From Hormiphora californensis (Eukaryota > Animalia > Ctenophora): a stretch of DNA of 64,000 bases. Position 1 is the stretch's first letter. Each line of letters starts with the position of its first letter. Location of the stretch: contig CM035361.1 of assembly GCA_020137815.1 (NCBI GenBank), positions 1-64,000 on the forward strand, read 5' to 3'. Positions 47,893-59,352 of this stretch are shown here, in pieces. The position numbers were made by a program, and so were the translations under genes. The notes under the pieces were generated by a model. That model was not told the origin of the DNA. It made no database searches and was given only the letters and a program-made list of their open reading frames with translations.

Positions 47893-48235
47893 TGGTGTAG
47901 TTATGCCTCCGACATCATCGGGATACGCGTGTTGGTGTGTGTTTTATCTGTGCGTGTGTGTGTTAGTTGTCATAGAGACGGACCCTGTGCTGCGCGAGAT
48001 TGTAATGAAAGCACAGCATTCAGCGCGCGGCGCATCACACGAGGTATGCGCCGCGCAGTTCTCACGATATTTTCTGAAATGGTCCGAGTTTTTGAAACCC
48101 GAGAAATTTGTCAGTTCCTTTTTTACCACTTTACATTCACGAAACCAAGATCCGTGTTTTAAACTTCGTCTCAATCTAACTGGTGTACCCGGCTGCGGCA
48201 GCGCCCCCATTACCCCACATACCATCCTTACACCA
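47893..48235 (+). repeat. 3' LTR
   Basis: Direct repeat of 38882-39225, followed by the GTAA TSD. Confidence 0.93.
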
Positions 48236-48618
48236 GTAAAACCATGGGTGTCAAAAGTTAGCTCTAGGTCCCCTGAGTAACCATCCGGAGACTCTAAGAG
48301 ATATTTCAAGCCGTTCTCCTGTAATCATTAATCCCGGTAGAGCACATATTTGAGTATGGACGTACGTGCAATTGCCTACAACCTCAACTTTAATGTATAA
48401 CGTTAATGTGCGTCTCTCTCTTTTCTCCCCCTTGAGAAAGAGTTATCTCGCGCGGCGCAACCGCACGTGCGGTTTTTCCAGAGAGAGTGAGAGACATACA
48501 ATAACATGTAAACAGCCTGCCAGCGCTCACGTACGTCCGCATTGTATTTTTTTCTCCACCGGGATTAATGATTACGGGAGAACGGCTTGAAATATCTCTT
48601 AGAGTCTCCGGATGGTTA

Positions 48619-48870
48619 GGGGAAACTCTAACTGAATGGCATCCCATTAATGGCGTCCCATCACGTCCCATCACTAATTGAATGGAAGGAATGATGGAAG
48701 AACGCGCGACCATGCTCGTGTGTTTGTCATCGCGCCCTACGTAAAAGCCTTTTTTTGGCAAAATTTGTGGCAAATCCTGACGCGCACAGAGTGATGACTC
48801 CCATTATCAGTTAGATTTTTACCAGTGATGGGACGCCATTACTGCGCGGGCATTCAGTTAGAGTTTCCCC
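48619..48870. mobile_element. Harbinger-type MITE (GGGGAAACTC family)
   Basis: TTA TSD; empty site visible in the opposite arm (~48271-48286). Confidence 0.9.
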
Positions 48871-49222
48871 TTACTCAGGGGACCTAGAGCTAACTTTTGA
48901 CACCCATGGTTTTTATTATTTACCCCAAGTTGAAAAAAAATAGTTAGGTTTTTGTTATGATCAGCAACATTTCAAATGCTGATTACACCAAGATGAAAAC
49001 AGTTTGTGAAAAAGTAACATCTGTTTAGAGGTCGTGTCGAGGCTCCAAACAGATGTGACAAAAACTGGAACAATTGTGAGAGGTCGATGTAGTTATCGAC
49101 TCTACTAGAAGTCTAGACGGTCCCAGAGAGATGTGGGAAGTAGCGATCCCACTATATCTTGCCAGTGCCTCAGCCCCATACCCCGCCAGTGATTAGCTAA
49201 ATTGAGCCTGCTCAATGTGTGT

Positions 49223-51089
49223 GGGACAGTCCATGGCTCTCACTCAGACGACACACGCCTTTGAACAACGAAAAAAGTATGAAAAAAATAACAACAAATA
49301 AAAACTAAATGTTCCAAAATAAGGCCATGGGTGTCATCTATATCATCAAAAAAGTTCATACACATCCTGCTTTTGGTTAAAAAAATATAACCGAAAAAGT
49401 GCCTCCTCTCACTCAGACGTGTGAATGTTTTTTTTTGGAGCAACTTTTTCTTATCACATATCCCTGTGAATTGGTACTAGATACGGCGATAATTTTCATA
49501 TGGGGTATAAAGAATTATCTCTAGTTTATGCAGCAACTTGATTTTTGTAAAAAGATGGTACCACTTGGGAGAAATTCACGATTTAAGTTTTTGTCCAAAA
49601 TCTCACTCAGACAGACAGTCTTGCTCTGTGACGTCTGAGTGAGATTTTAACCCTCTTAATGTACCTGGATACCCATGCCCCCTTAGTATTTCGTACTTTG
49701 ATCGATTACCTAGCTCAACATAGCTTTTTTTAGTTTCAAGTGTCAAGGTTTATAAAAAATATCGGATCTGATAGTTAGGTCATTTTGAGGGTTGAAAAAA
49801 TTTATTTATGTGATGTTGTTGGCTAGATGCACTGATCAATAGTATGCTCCTATTATAGCATATAGTAATACAGTAAAAATTAGAGATTTAACGATTCATT
49901 CAGAGAGATATCTTGATATTTTAGTGACCATTTTTCAGTTTTAACCCTCTTAATGTGTCCGGATATCCATAACCACGTCAATATATCGTACGTTGATCAA
50001 TCTTCCAGCTCAACAAAGCTTTTTCTTGTTTCAAGTGTCAAGATTTCAGGATATCTGAATATTTCTCTCTCTCACTCAGACATGAACTGGGACTAAAAAT
50101 GCAACTACCCTTCAGAAAGGAGTATAGATGAAAATAAGGACATTAAACTGTGTAGCGTCCTCGCATTAGTGGGGGTAGACACCCATAAAAAGTTGTTATC
50201 TCATTTGGTTAGTTGTATAATTGGACAATTAAAAAATAATTAATTTGGTGCAATGCGCATAGCAGTATTTTCGATATTATCCGATCTAGGATTTATCTAG
50301 CAGGGTTTTTAGAGTGTATCAAGCTGAGTACTTGCTGAAGCAAACCTTTGAAACTCCTGAAAGTCTCTAGTATTGGTGGGATTGGTGTGAAAAGTGAGAG
50401 AAACAAAAAAATTGGTCAACTTACCAATTATGCCCAATTATACCCAATTAAGGCAAAATTAGACACTTTTTCATACTTCTGAGTCTCATTTTATGGTCAT
50501 GATCGTGTTCAGCAATGGAAAAAGGTCGTATTTCAGCGTTTTAATGAACTTGTTACTCTCACTCAGACATTGCATCTCACTCAGACACGGTCACCAGTGT
50601 CGTAATCTGGAAAATATCTTCAACTGAATCTTCCCACTCACCAGTTGAGTTTGTTTCACTAAAAATCACAGCTTCTAACAAGTTTTATCCTCAGATTGTG
50701 TTTTACATAGACACAAAAAAACTTTTCTATCTCTAAATTATCTCACTCAGCCACGATATTTGAACATTTTTCCTGGTTTTCGTATGCTTCTCCATGGGCT
50801 ATCTCGTGTTCGAGTAGTTACTTTATGGCCTTGCCTAATAACCTGGGGTGGTTCTACAAGTTGAACCCTTTTTTTGGAAAATCTGGAGCTATTTAGAAAA
50901 GTGTGCCCAAATTTGGCAAGAATTTGACACAACTTTGGATAACTCTCATGGATTCATCTTTTGGGTTTTGGACCTAAAACAAGTTGCAATCAATAGCCCA
51001 AACAATTCCCTTCACCCCTATACCCAGCAAAACCCTTCAAATGCCATTTTAATTTTCCTGAAAAATTCATCTGCGCCATGGACTGTCCC
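49223..51089. mobile_element. Non-autonomous TIR element with dispersed CTCACTCAGAC motifs
   Basis: gggacagtccatggc ... gccatggactgtccc, flanked by gtgtgt. Confidence 0.6.
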
Positions 51090-51267
51090 GTGTGTATGTT
51101 TACTGATCTTCCTCCTGGTGTTCCAACCCCCTCTACTAACACCTCGGATGCAGTCATATCAGCCCGCTACCGCGCGGGTGATATTTGTCTAAAAAAAGCG
51201 CAGTGGGCGTTATACTTTAGGTATGTCGCGCCAATTGGCGCGGCACGCCTAAAGTATGCATCTACCG

Positions 51268-52467
51268 AACAAGAATAACTGCATTATGTTTCATAATGCT
51301 ATGTTTCCCCGCCAACCTCTATTTTCATAACTATCTAAATCTAATGTGAAGGCGGGCCAGACATTTTTCATCATTTATCAATCACTCAAACCGTATGGAA
51401 CTTGTTCTTGTGTTTTAGTAGCACTTTAGTGCCACAATACGCGGCTCACATTTCCTGAAAACGTGCCATTGAAGTATTTGATGAAGGAGCAACACCGTTG
51501 TCCCTCGCAACTGAGCGTGTTACAGCCAGTTTTGTGACCGGAACACCTCACTAGTATGTACACTTCGAATTCTAAACCCCTATGCCTTTTTACAAAATAG
51601 TCAGGACCACTATTGGTGCGCGGTCGTGCCCACGGAAGGAGTGCTTGGATCATCTTGAAACCGGTTTTAAGTTCACTAATGCATGCCCAAAAGTGTCTGT
51701 AGCCATTTGGGTGATGTTCTGACAATCCAATCACGAGTTAAGACCGAAAAACAGTCAAAAAAGACGTTTTAAAGTGACAAAAAGGAGGATCTGAACACAG
51801 CCCTTATATGAAGGGCTGGGGCTTTGAAACTTCTTGTGTGGACAGAGAATCGTCCAAATTTGCAGTGTCAACTTTCAGATAGTTTCTATCTTTTGTAGTT
51901 ATCTAATTAGAGTCGTTTAAACATGTGAGAAGTTGCTAAAAGGCTCTATAATACTGCTTGTGAAGTGATCACTTGACGAGATTTGCCCAATTAGAGAGCG
52001 GATTAAAGCATACAAGCGGTGAGAGCAAGCAATATGAGACGGAAGCAGTACCTAATCACCCTGTTTTGTAGGGTCATATAGGTTGTCTCACATGTTTAAA
52101 CGACTCTAATTAGATAACTACAAAAGATAGAAACTATCTGAAAGTTGACACTGCAAATTTGGACGATTCTCTGTCCACACAAGAAGTTTCAAAGCCCCAG
52201 CCCTTCATATAAGGGCTGTGTTCAGATCCTCCTTTTTGTCACTTTAAAACGTCTTTTTTGACTGTTTTTCGGTCATAACTCGTGATTGGATTGTCAGAAC
52301 ATCACCCAAATGGCTACAGACACTTTTGGGCATGCAGTAGTGAACTTAAAACCGGTTTCAAGATGATCCAAGCACTCCTTCCGTGGGCACGACCGCGCAC
52401 CAATAGTGGTCCTGACTAAAAGGCATCCGGGTGAATGCCTTCGGCATTCACCCGGGCGGGGAAAAAA
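51268..52467 (+). mobile_element. HINE-like element interrupted by foldback MITE 51600-52416
   Basis: AACAAG end and terminal stem-loop; nested TA-flanked element. Confidence 0.75.
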
Positions 52468-52508
52468 TTAATGGTTGGCCACTAAAGTATCCTTCCAAAT
52501 ATTCCTAG

Positions 52509-52646
52509 TAAAGAAGCGAGTGGAGGATTAAAGCCATTTGCTCAACAAGCAACAGCGACTTCATTGACATTTCCATCTGAACTCGGGAAAATTGACGCAG
52601 CATTTTCATATGCAGTAAATGATAGCAGATACTTTGCCTTCATAAG
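52509..52646 (+). CDS. MMP-like gene, exon H: hemopexin blade 2 (FPSELGKIDAAF...YFAF)
   Basis: ttcctag acceptor, gtactg donor; phase 2-2; IDAAF motif. Confidence 0.85.
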
Positions 52647-52699
52647 GTACTGAAGTCGAATATATGTCCCTATTCAAAGTTCATTGATTTATTTTTCAG

Positions 52700-52807
52700 T
52701 GGTTCTTTGGTTCATTTCGTTGGACTGAAAACACTACAGAAAATTGAACAAACGGAGGATGTTGGGAAATATTTTGGAATAACGGAGCAAATAACAGCAG
52801 CAGCAAG
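52700..52807 (+). CDS. MMP-like gene, exon I: hemopexin (YFGITEQITAAA)
   Basis: 53-nt intron upstream; phase 2-2. Confidence 0.8.
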
Positions 52808-52822
52808 GTTTTTATTATTTAT

Positions 52823-53738
52823 ACAAGATTATTTGCATTATGTTCTAACTCCATTAGCGCCACGTAAATGGCGCTAATAATTGCTTTGGCGCTTTTCATG
52901 TGGCGCTTTTATGTGGTGCTTTTATGTGGCGCCAAATATTGGCGCTGTACACCGGAAATTCAAAAAAACACGTGGCGCTAAAATCAACTAAAAAATCCAT
53001 TGACGCCATCCTCTCAAAAATTGGCCACGTCCTGAGATTAGCGCCACGTCCTGAGGCCAAAAAAATTAACGCCAATCTGAAGCGCCAATTTCGACTATTA
53101 ACGCGGTAGAAGGGCCATGGCCCTAGAACACCGCCACGTGGCGGTTTTAACCGCCACGTGGTGGCGGGACGTGGCGTCAATCTCAGGACGTGGCGTCAAT
53201 GAGCCTTTTTGGCGGAGTTCATGTGGCGTTAATAGTCGAAATTGGCGCTTCAGATTGGCGCTATTTTTTTTTGGCCTCAGGACGTGGCGTCAATCTCAGG
53301 ACGTGGCGTCAATTTTTGAGAGGATGGCGTCAATGGATTTTTAGGACAACGCCCACTATCACCTGAAATCACTTTGGGCGCCCTACAGCCATGCTATGAA
53401 GTGATAGAACATCTTCCAAGCATGAAACATTGAAACTACTGTCACACTAGTGACTCGAGTTGAGATGCGGTTAAAGTTGAAGCACTTGGTAACCAACTGG
53501 GGTCTCCTAAGCATTTGCCTTGGTTACCATAGGAACTGCTTTGGTTACCATAGCAACTGCCTTTGGTTACCATAGCAACTCACCTAGTTACCTTAGTAAC
53601 CAACATTGCATCAGCCAAAAAATGCTCTTTGAGCACAAAATTCATCAGGAAATCCAGTTTTGAAGCATATTCATCAATTTTAAATCCATTTGGCAGGGAA
53701 ACACCACATTATGAATACATAATGCAATAATTCTTGTT
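52823..53738. mobile_element. Two opposed HINE ends enclosing a TGGCG-rich inverted repeat
   Basis: acaagattatttgcattatg at 52823; ~53355-53738 is the reverse complement of the 1759-type HINE. Confidence 0.6.
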
Positions 53739-53986
53739 TAGCTATTAAAAGTATACTATATTAGTCTGTTTGTCCGTAGTGTGTGAGAACTGTCTGTGTA
53801 TGAATTTTTATAGTATTTTGAGGTGTAAGCGCTCCGTCTATATTGACACTCCGTCAATAGGAGCCAACCGGGATATTGTCTTTATATATTGTATATCAAT
53901 TTTTATCCTTTTTCAAATCAAATCAAATCAATTCAACCTCCAAATTTCAAGTCTCCTAACTAAAATTGTATTATGTATTTATACAG

Positions 53987-54182
53987 GTGGGATAAAGATA
54001 CAGTGTTGTTTTTTACTAACAACTGGAACTATCACCGACACTCAATGGTTAGAGGAGCTACTTCCGGTGCAGAACGAATATCACAAATGTTTCCTACTCT
54101 CCCTGAGAACGTCTTAGTGATCGCAGCAGGAAAAACTTTTACAGAATGGAGCAAAACAGCTTTGCTATTCTTAGAAAATAAG
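53987..54182 (+). CDS. MMP-like gene, exon J: hemopexin blades 3-4 (WDKDTVLFF...ISQMFPTLPEN)
   Basis: atacag acceptor, gtttga donor; phase 2-0. Confidence 0.75.
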
Positions 54183-54243
54183 GTTTGAATATCAGCGCTC
54201 GTTATTTATTAGTGTTGTAAACTTTTGGTGTGTATTATATGTG

Positions 54244-55801
54244 GGCAATTTTGCATTTGCGGGCATCGCACTATAGACGCAGTACCCACGTACTATAGAC
54301 GCATTATAAACGCATTATAAACGCATTATAGACGCATTATAGACACACGCAATATAGACGCAATTTCGTAAGCAGCACTATAGACGCAATATAGAGGCAT
54401 CATAACAGCAATATAAACGCATTTTTATAGACGCGACGCAGTATAGCCGCATTATAGGCGCACTACCCACTCCAAAATCACCTTATAGACGCACTATAGA
54501 CGCATTATAAACTGACTATAGCAGCACCATAAACGCTACATAGACCCATATAGACGCATGATAGAAGCATTATAGACGCAAATCGCTTTTTATAGACGCC
54601 GCGTCTATAAAAAACGTGCTTTTTTAAGAAGCACTATAGACGTACTTCAGGCTACAGTGCGATATTTGAGGCGCAGTTGGGCGTTTTATAAACGCATTTT
54701 TGTCGCATATAAAAGGAAGCAGTATAGACGCATTATAGACGCATTATAGCCGCATGTGTGCGAAATCGATAAAGACGCAATATAGACGCAAAATAAGAAG
54801 GAGAGGGAGAGAGACTAGAGGGAGGGAGGGAGGGAGGGAGAGGGAAGGAGAGGGAAAGAGAGGGAGGGACTGAGGGAGGGATACAGGGACAGAAACAGAG
54901 ACAGACGGATAAAGACCTGAGACAGAAAGACAGAGTAAGATGGAAATTAGAGAGTAAGATGGAAAGAGAGTGATAGGTATATAGGGACGGAGTGAGACAG
55001 AAAAAGACAGAGATGGAAACAAACGAACAGGGACAGACAGACGGACAAACACGCGCTTACTATCTCCCTCTCTGTCTCACTCTCTCTCTCCATCTTAATC
55101 TCTCTCCATCTTACTCTGTCCGTCTGTCTCAGATCTGTGTCCATCGTCTCTGTCTGATCTGTCTCAGTATCCCTCCCTCTTTCCCTCTCCTTCCCTCTCC
55201 CTCCCTCCCTCCCTCCCTCCCTCCCTCTAGTCTCTCTCCCTCTCCTTCTTATTTTGCGTCTATATTGCGTCTTTATCGATTTCGCACACATGCGGCTATA
55301 ATGCGTCTATAATGCGTCTATACTGCTTTCTTTTATATGCGACAAAAATGCGTTTATAGTTCGCCCAACTGCGCCTCAAATATCGCAGCGTGCGTCTGAG
55401 TACGTCTATAGTGCTTCTTAAAAAAGCACGTTTTTTATAGACGCGGCGTCTATAAAAAGCGATTTGCGTCTATAATGCTTCTATCATGCGTCTATATGGG
55501 TCTATGTAGCGTTTATGGTGCTGCTATAGTCAGTCTATAATGCGTCTATAGTGCGTCTATAAGGTGATTTTGGGGTGGGTAGTGCGCCTATAATGCGGCT
55601 ATACTGCGTCGCGTCTATAAAAATGCGTTTATATTGCTGTTATAATGCGTCTATATTGCGTCTATAGTGCTGCTTACGAAATTGCGTCTATATTGCGTGT
55701 GTCTATAATGCGTTTATAATGCGTTTATAATGCGTTTATAATGCGTCTATAGTACGTGGGTATTGCGTCTATAGTGCGATGCCCGCAAATGCAAAATTGC
55801 C
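54244..55801. mobile_element. MULE-like foldback, GGCAATTTTGCATTTGCGGGC family (no TSD)
   Basis: Same TIRs as 4792-6334. Confidence 0.9.
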
Positions 55802-56491
55802 ATACCCGCCGATTCATCACGATGCGAAATGAGGCGGTAATTGACGTTTGAGTAGTGCTAGGTCAGCTAAAAAGGTCTCCCAAAACAGTCTGTCGCGCGG
55901 GATTTGCTGAAAAACGTGCTTTACATCGTGCACTCGCGGTATATATTACCCCGATAGCTGATATCAGTCGTTTGATAATTTTACGCACACACGTTAACTG
56001 CGAGCTGGGTTTTTACACAACCTGCTCGCGATTTAACAGACCAGTTCCCTTTTTCACGCGTTTCTCTTCATTTGAATAACATGCGTGTAAAATTCAGAGT
56101 AGGGTATATACCGGGATAATTTGGACGGTGGGGCAATGTGGTCACAGGACGGGGCAATGTGGACTAGTGATTTATATGGGACTTTTAAATTGTGGTGTTT
56201 AGTGTGAAATAACGAAAAATAACGACTTTAAAGTTTAACTTTATTTCGGTAAACTTAATTATGATAATCTCTATTATAATTTGGAGATGAACGACGTCGA
56301 AGTGGTCGTTCGTTAGGCGGTATCTAAGCGACAGACTGCTCCTTCATAAAACACTTTATGTACCCACTTTTGGAACTTCCGGTGGAAGTTTGTTGATATT
56401 TTCGAATGACTTTTAACATGCCAGTCCCCATAGTTACCAATTCAGTTGCCATGGCAACCGTGTTTTTGACGTTGAAAGGGGTGAAAAGAAC

Positions 56492-56558
56492 CACCCGGCG
56501 AAGCCGGGTGGATTTTCAAAATGCCCTTACTTGAGACGCACCCAATGGGTGCGCTAGT
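56492..56558 (+). mobile_element. Helitron-like 3' end
   Basis: Hairpins ccacccggc-gaa-gccgggtgg and cgcaccca-a-tgggtgcg followed by CTAG|T. Confidence 0.5.
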
Positions 56559-58348
56559 TATTTGAATTATGGGTCAGAATTTCATAATACATATGATATT
56601 TTTCTATCCATCTTCATCATCAAAATGACATTCGCTTTCGATTTAATTAGCTAATTAGCATTTTAATGAAGCGGGGCAATTCGGAAAATTTGGGGCAATT
56701 CGACCGAAAAATGCACGAAGCTTATTAGCAGTAGGAGACTATACGAGATATGGAACATGATTCGAGGAAGCCAATCAAGAGTGTTTATAGACGATATGAG
56801 ACACGATTCGGGGAAGGTTTCTATCGCTTTCCATCTCTATGACCCTATCCACATCTCTGTGTCTCTCTTTCTTTCTCTTTCTTTCTCTATCTCCCTCTTT
56901 CTCTCTCACTTTCTCGAAGGGAGAAAGAGAAACATGGAGAAAGAGTGATACCCATAACTTACCGAATGATATGAGAAAAGACATGGTTTAGCCATGCGAA
57001 TTGAATGTATGATATCTTCTTGACCTCCCTGACCATTAGTCCTTCAATGCCGCCACCTCCTTCCAATCCGGTTTCTCTAGCTAAACCGACAATCTGCAAG
57101 AAACGACCGAGAGGCTAGGTGCCTACATCTGGTAGGCGGACTCTAGTGCTAACGGACTCTATATATAAACCCAAAGAGGACTCTATATCTAGCCCTAACC
57201 TTTACACTAAACCCTAACCTCGAACCCAAATAACAGCCCTAACACTTCTAAACGAGTATAAAGGCACAGCAAACTCTCGTTTCCGGCCTAACGGCCGAAA
57301 TCTCGAGTTCGCTTTTCGTGATTTTAGCACTAGAGTCCGCGGCAGGTCGGTAGAACTTCGACAGAATTTAGGGCAGGTCTGAATTTAGGGCAGGTCTGTA
57401 TTTAGGGCAGGTCTGAATTTAGGGCAGGTCTGAGTACTAAGCATGTGAATGCGATTCGGGGAAGCTTATTAGCGGTGTGAGACGATACGAGATATGGAAC
57501 ATGATTCGGGGAAGCCAATCAGTTGGTGACATTGACACCTAGTGCGTGCGAGATCGAGCTCGCACATAGGTGTCTGCTCCGCCCCCTAAAAAAGGGTCGT
57601 GTCTTTCAAGCCAAATTGCACGTGATCCACTGGACCGATTTACATCCCACTTGTCGCAAAAGACTGCAAATTGGTCCTAGTTTACTGGAAAATACCCGAG
57701 AAGTTTGTCTGTCAACAGGTGGGTCAAAATTGACACTAAAGTCAAATCTATAATCTGGCTTCCGAGCCTTTTTGCACCACTCTCAGACGGTTTAGAATGA
57801 ATCTGAGGGTATCAGAAGATAGGTTGAGGCCTTGTAAGTACAGTCGGACCCCGATTTAGGGCCCCCGATTTAGTGGCACCACGATTTAGGGACAGGATTT
57901 TTTTCCCCCCGATATAGGAAATTAACCTTATTTGACCCCGATTTAGTGGACACCCCGATTTAGTGGACAAGAGCCTTTCCCCCGAGGGTGTCCCTAAATC
58001 GGGGTCCGACTGTACTGGAAAATACCCGGCATCAAATTCTGATGCTAATTGCATCAACATATCTCCCAATATCTTCTAAACCGCATGGGCGAAGTGCAGA
58101 AACTCTCGGAAGCCAGATTATAGGTTTGACTTCAGTGTCAATTTTGACCCAATTCCTGTTGACAGACAAACTTCTCGGGTATTTTCCAGTATATTATGAT
58201 CAATTAGTAGTCTTTTGCGACAAACCGGATGCAAATCGGTCCAGTGGATCGCGTGCAACATCCCTTGAAAGAAACGACCCTTTTTGGGGCGGAGCAGACA
58301 CCTGTGTGTGAGCTCAATCTTGGTCGCGCACGGTTTCTATGTCACCAA

Positions 58349-58740
58349 GCCAATCAGGAGTGTTCGACGATGGATATGAGACACGATTCGGGGAAGGGTT
58401 CTATCGCTTTCCATCCCTAGACCCTATACCCCTCTCTGGAACATGATTCGGGGAAGCCAATCAGGAGTGTTCGACGATGGATATGAGATACGATTCGGTG
58501 AAGGGTTCTATCGCTTTCCATCCCTAGACCCTATACCCCTCTCTGGAACATGATTCGGGGAAGCCAATCAGGAGTGTTAGACGATATGAGACACGATTCG
58601 GTGAAGGTTTCTATCGCTTTCCATCCCTAGACCCTATCCCCCTCTCTGGAACATGATTCGGGGAAGCCAATCAGGAGTGTTAGACGATGGATATGAGATA
58701 CGATTCGGGGAAGGGTTCTAAATCGCTTTCCATCCCTATA
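58349..58740. repeat. ~105-bp tandem repeat, about 3.7 copies
   Basis: gccaatcaggagtgtt recurs at 58349, 58457, 58563 and 58666. Confidence 0.85.
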
Positions 58741-58839
58741 TATAAGCCATTGGTTAGATAGCAACATGGGACAGCCCTACCTTTGTAGACTGTACTCATG
58801 GTGTACATGCGGTATACAAGCGTTAATATTATTATTATT

Positions 58840-58870
58840 ACTAGTGGACCCAGGCCATCCTACGGATGGC
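58840..58870 (-). mobile_element. Helitron-like 3' end
   Basis: Minus strand: GCCATCC-GTA-GGATGGC hairpin, 9 nt, then CTAG|T. Confidence 0.5.
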
Positions 58871-58889
58871 ATAAAACGGATCCAAGGTT

Positions 58890-59091
58890 TTAGAGAGAGA
58901 GCGCTCAGTGAATCGAGAGCAAGAGGAGGTAAGGAAGTAGAGAGAGAGAGAGAGAGAGATAGAGAGACGGATAAGAGTACGAGTGAGGAGAGAGAGAGAG
59001 AAAGAGAGAGAGAAACGAGCGAGAGAGAGAGAGAAGGAAAGAGAGGAAGAGAGAGAGAGGAGAGAGAGAGAGAGAAAGGCGAGAGAGAGTA

Positions 59092-59131
<40 letters not shown>

Positions 59132-59352
59132 CTCTCTCCCTATCTCTCTCTTCTTTCTCTCTATCTCGTCTCTTTCTCTCTCTCTCCCTCCCTCCCTCTC
59201 TCTATCCTCTCTATCTCTTCGCTCTCTCTCTCTCTCTCTTCTCATTCTATCTCTATCTCTCTCTCTCTCTCTCTCAGTCTCTCTCTCTCTCTCTCAGTCT
59301 CCCTCTCTCTCTCTCTCTCAGTCTTTCTCTCTCTCTCACTCTCTCCCTCTCT
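58890..59352. repeat. (GA)n followed by (TC)n simple repeat
   Basis: Direct inspection. Confidence 0.9.

Larger units (their letters stand above)
38882..48235 (+). mobile_element. Full-length Ty3/Gypsy LTR retrotransposon
   Basis: Two ~344-bp LTRs (TGGTGTA...TACACCA), 4-bp TSD GTAA, PBS, gag, pol in PR-RT-RH-IN order. Confidence 0.96.
38694..49107. mobile_element. Academ-like non-autonomous foldback (TAG...CTA ends, 3-bp TSD GAA) hosting the Gypsy element
   Basis: tagtagagtcgataactacatcgacctctc inverted at 49078-49107; the left arm resumes after the 3' LTR. Confidence 0.7.

Noticed and set aside
58789-58893. Candidate terminal exon (TVLMVYMRY...)
   Set aside because: No hemopexin features; runs into a Helitron-like end inside nested transposons
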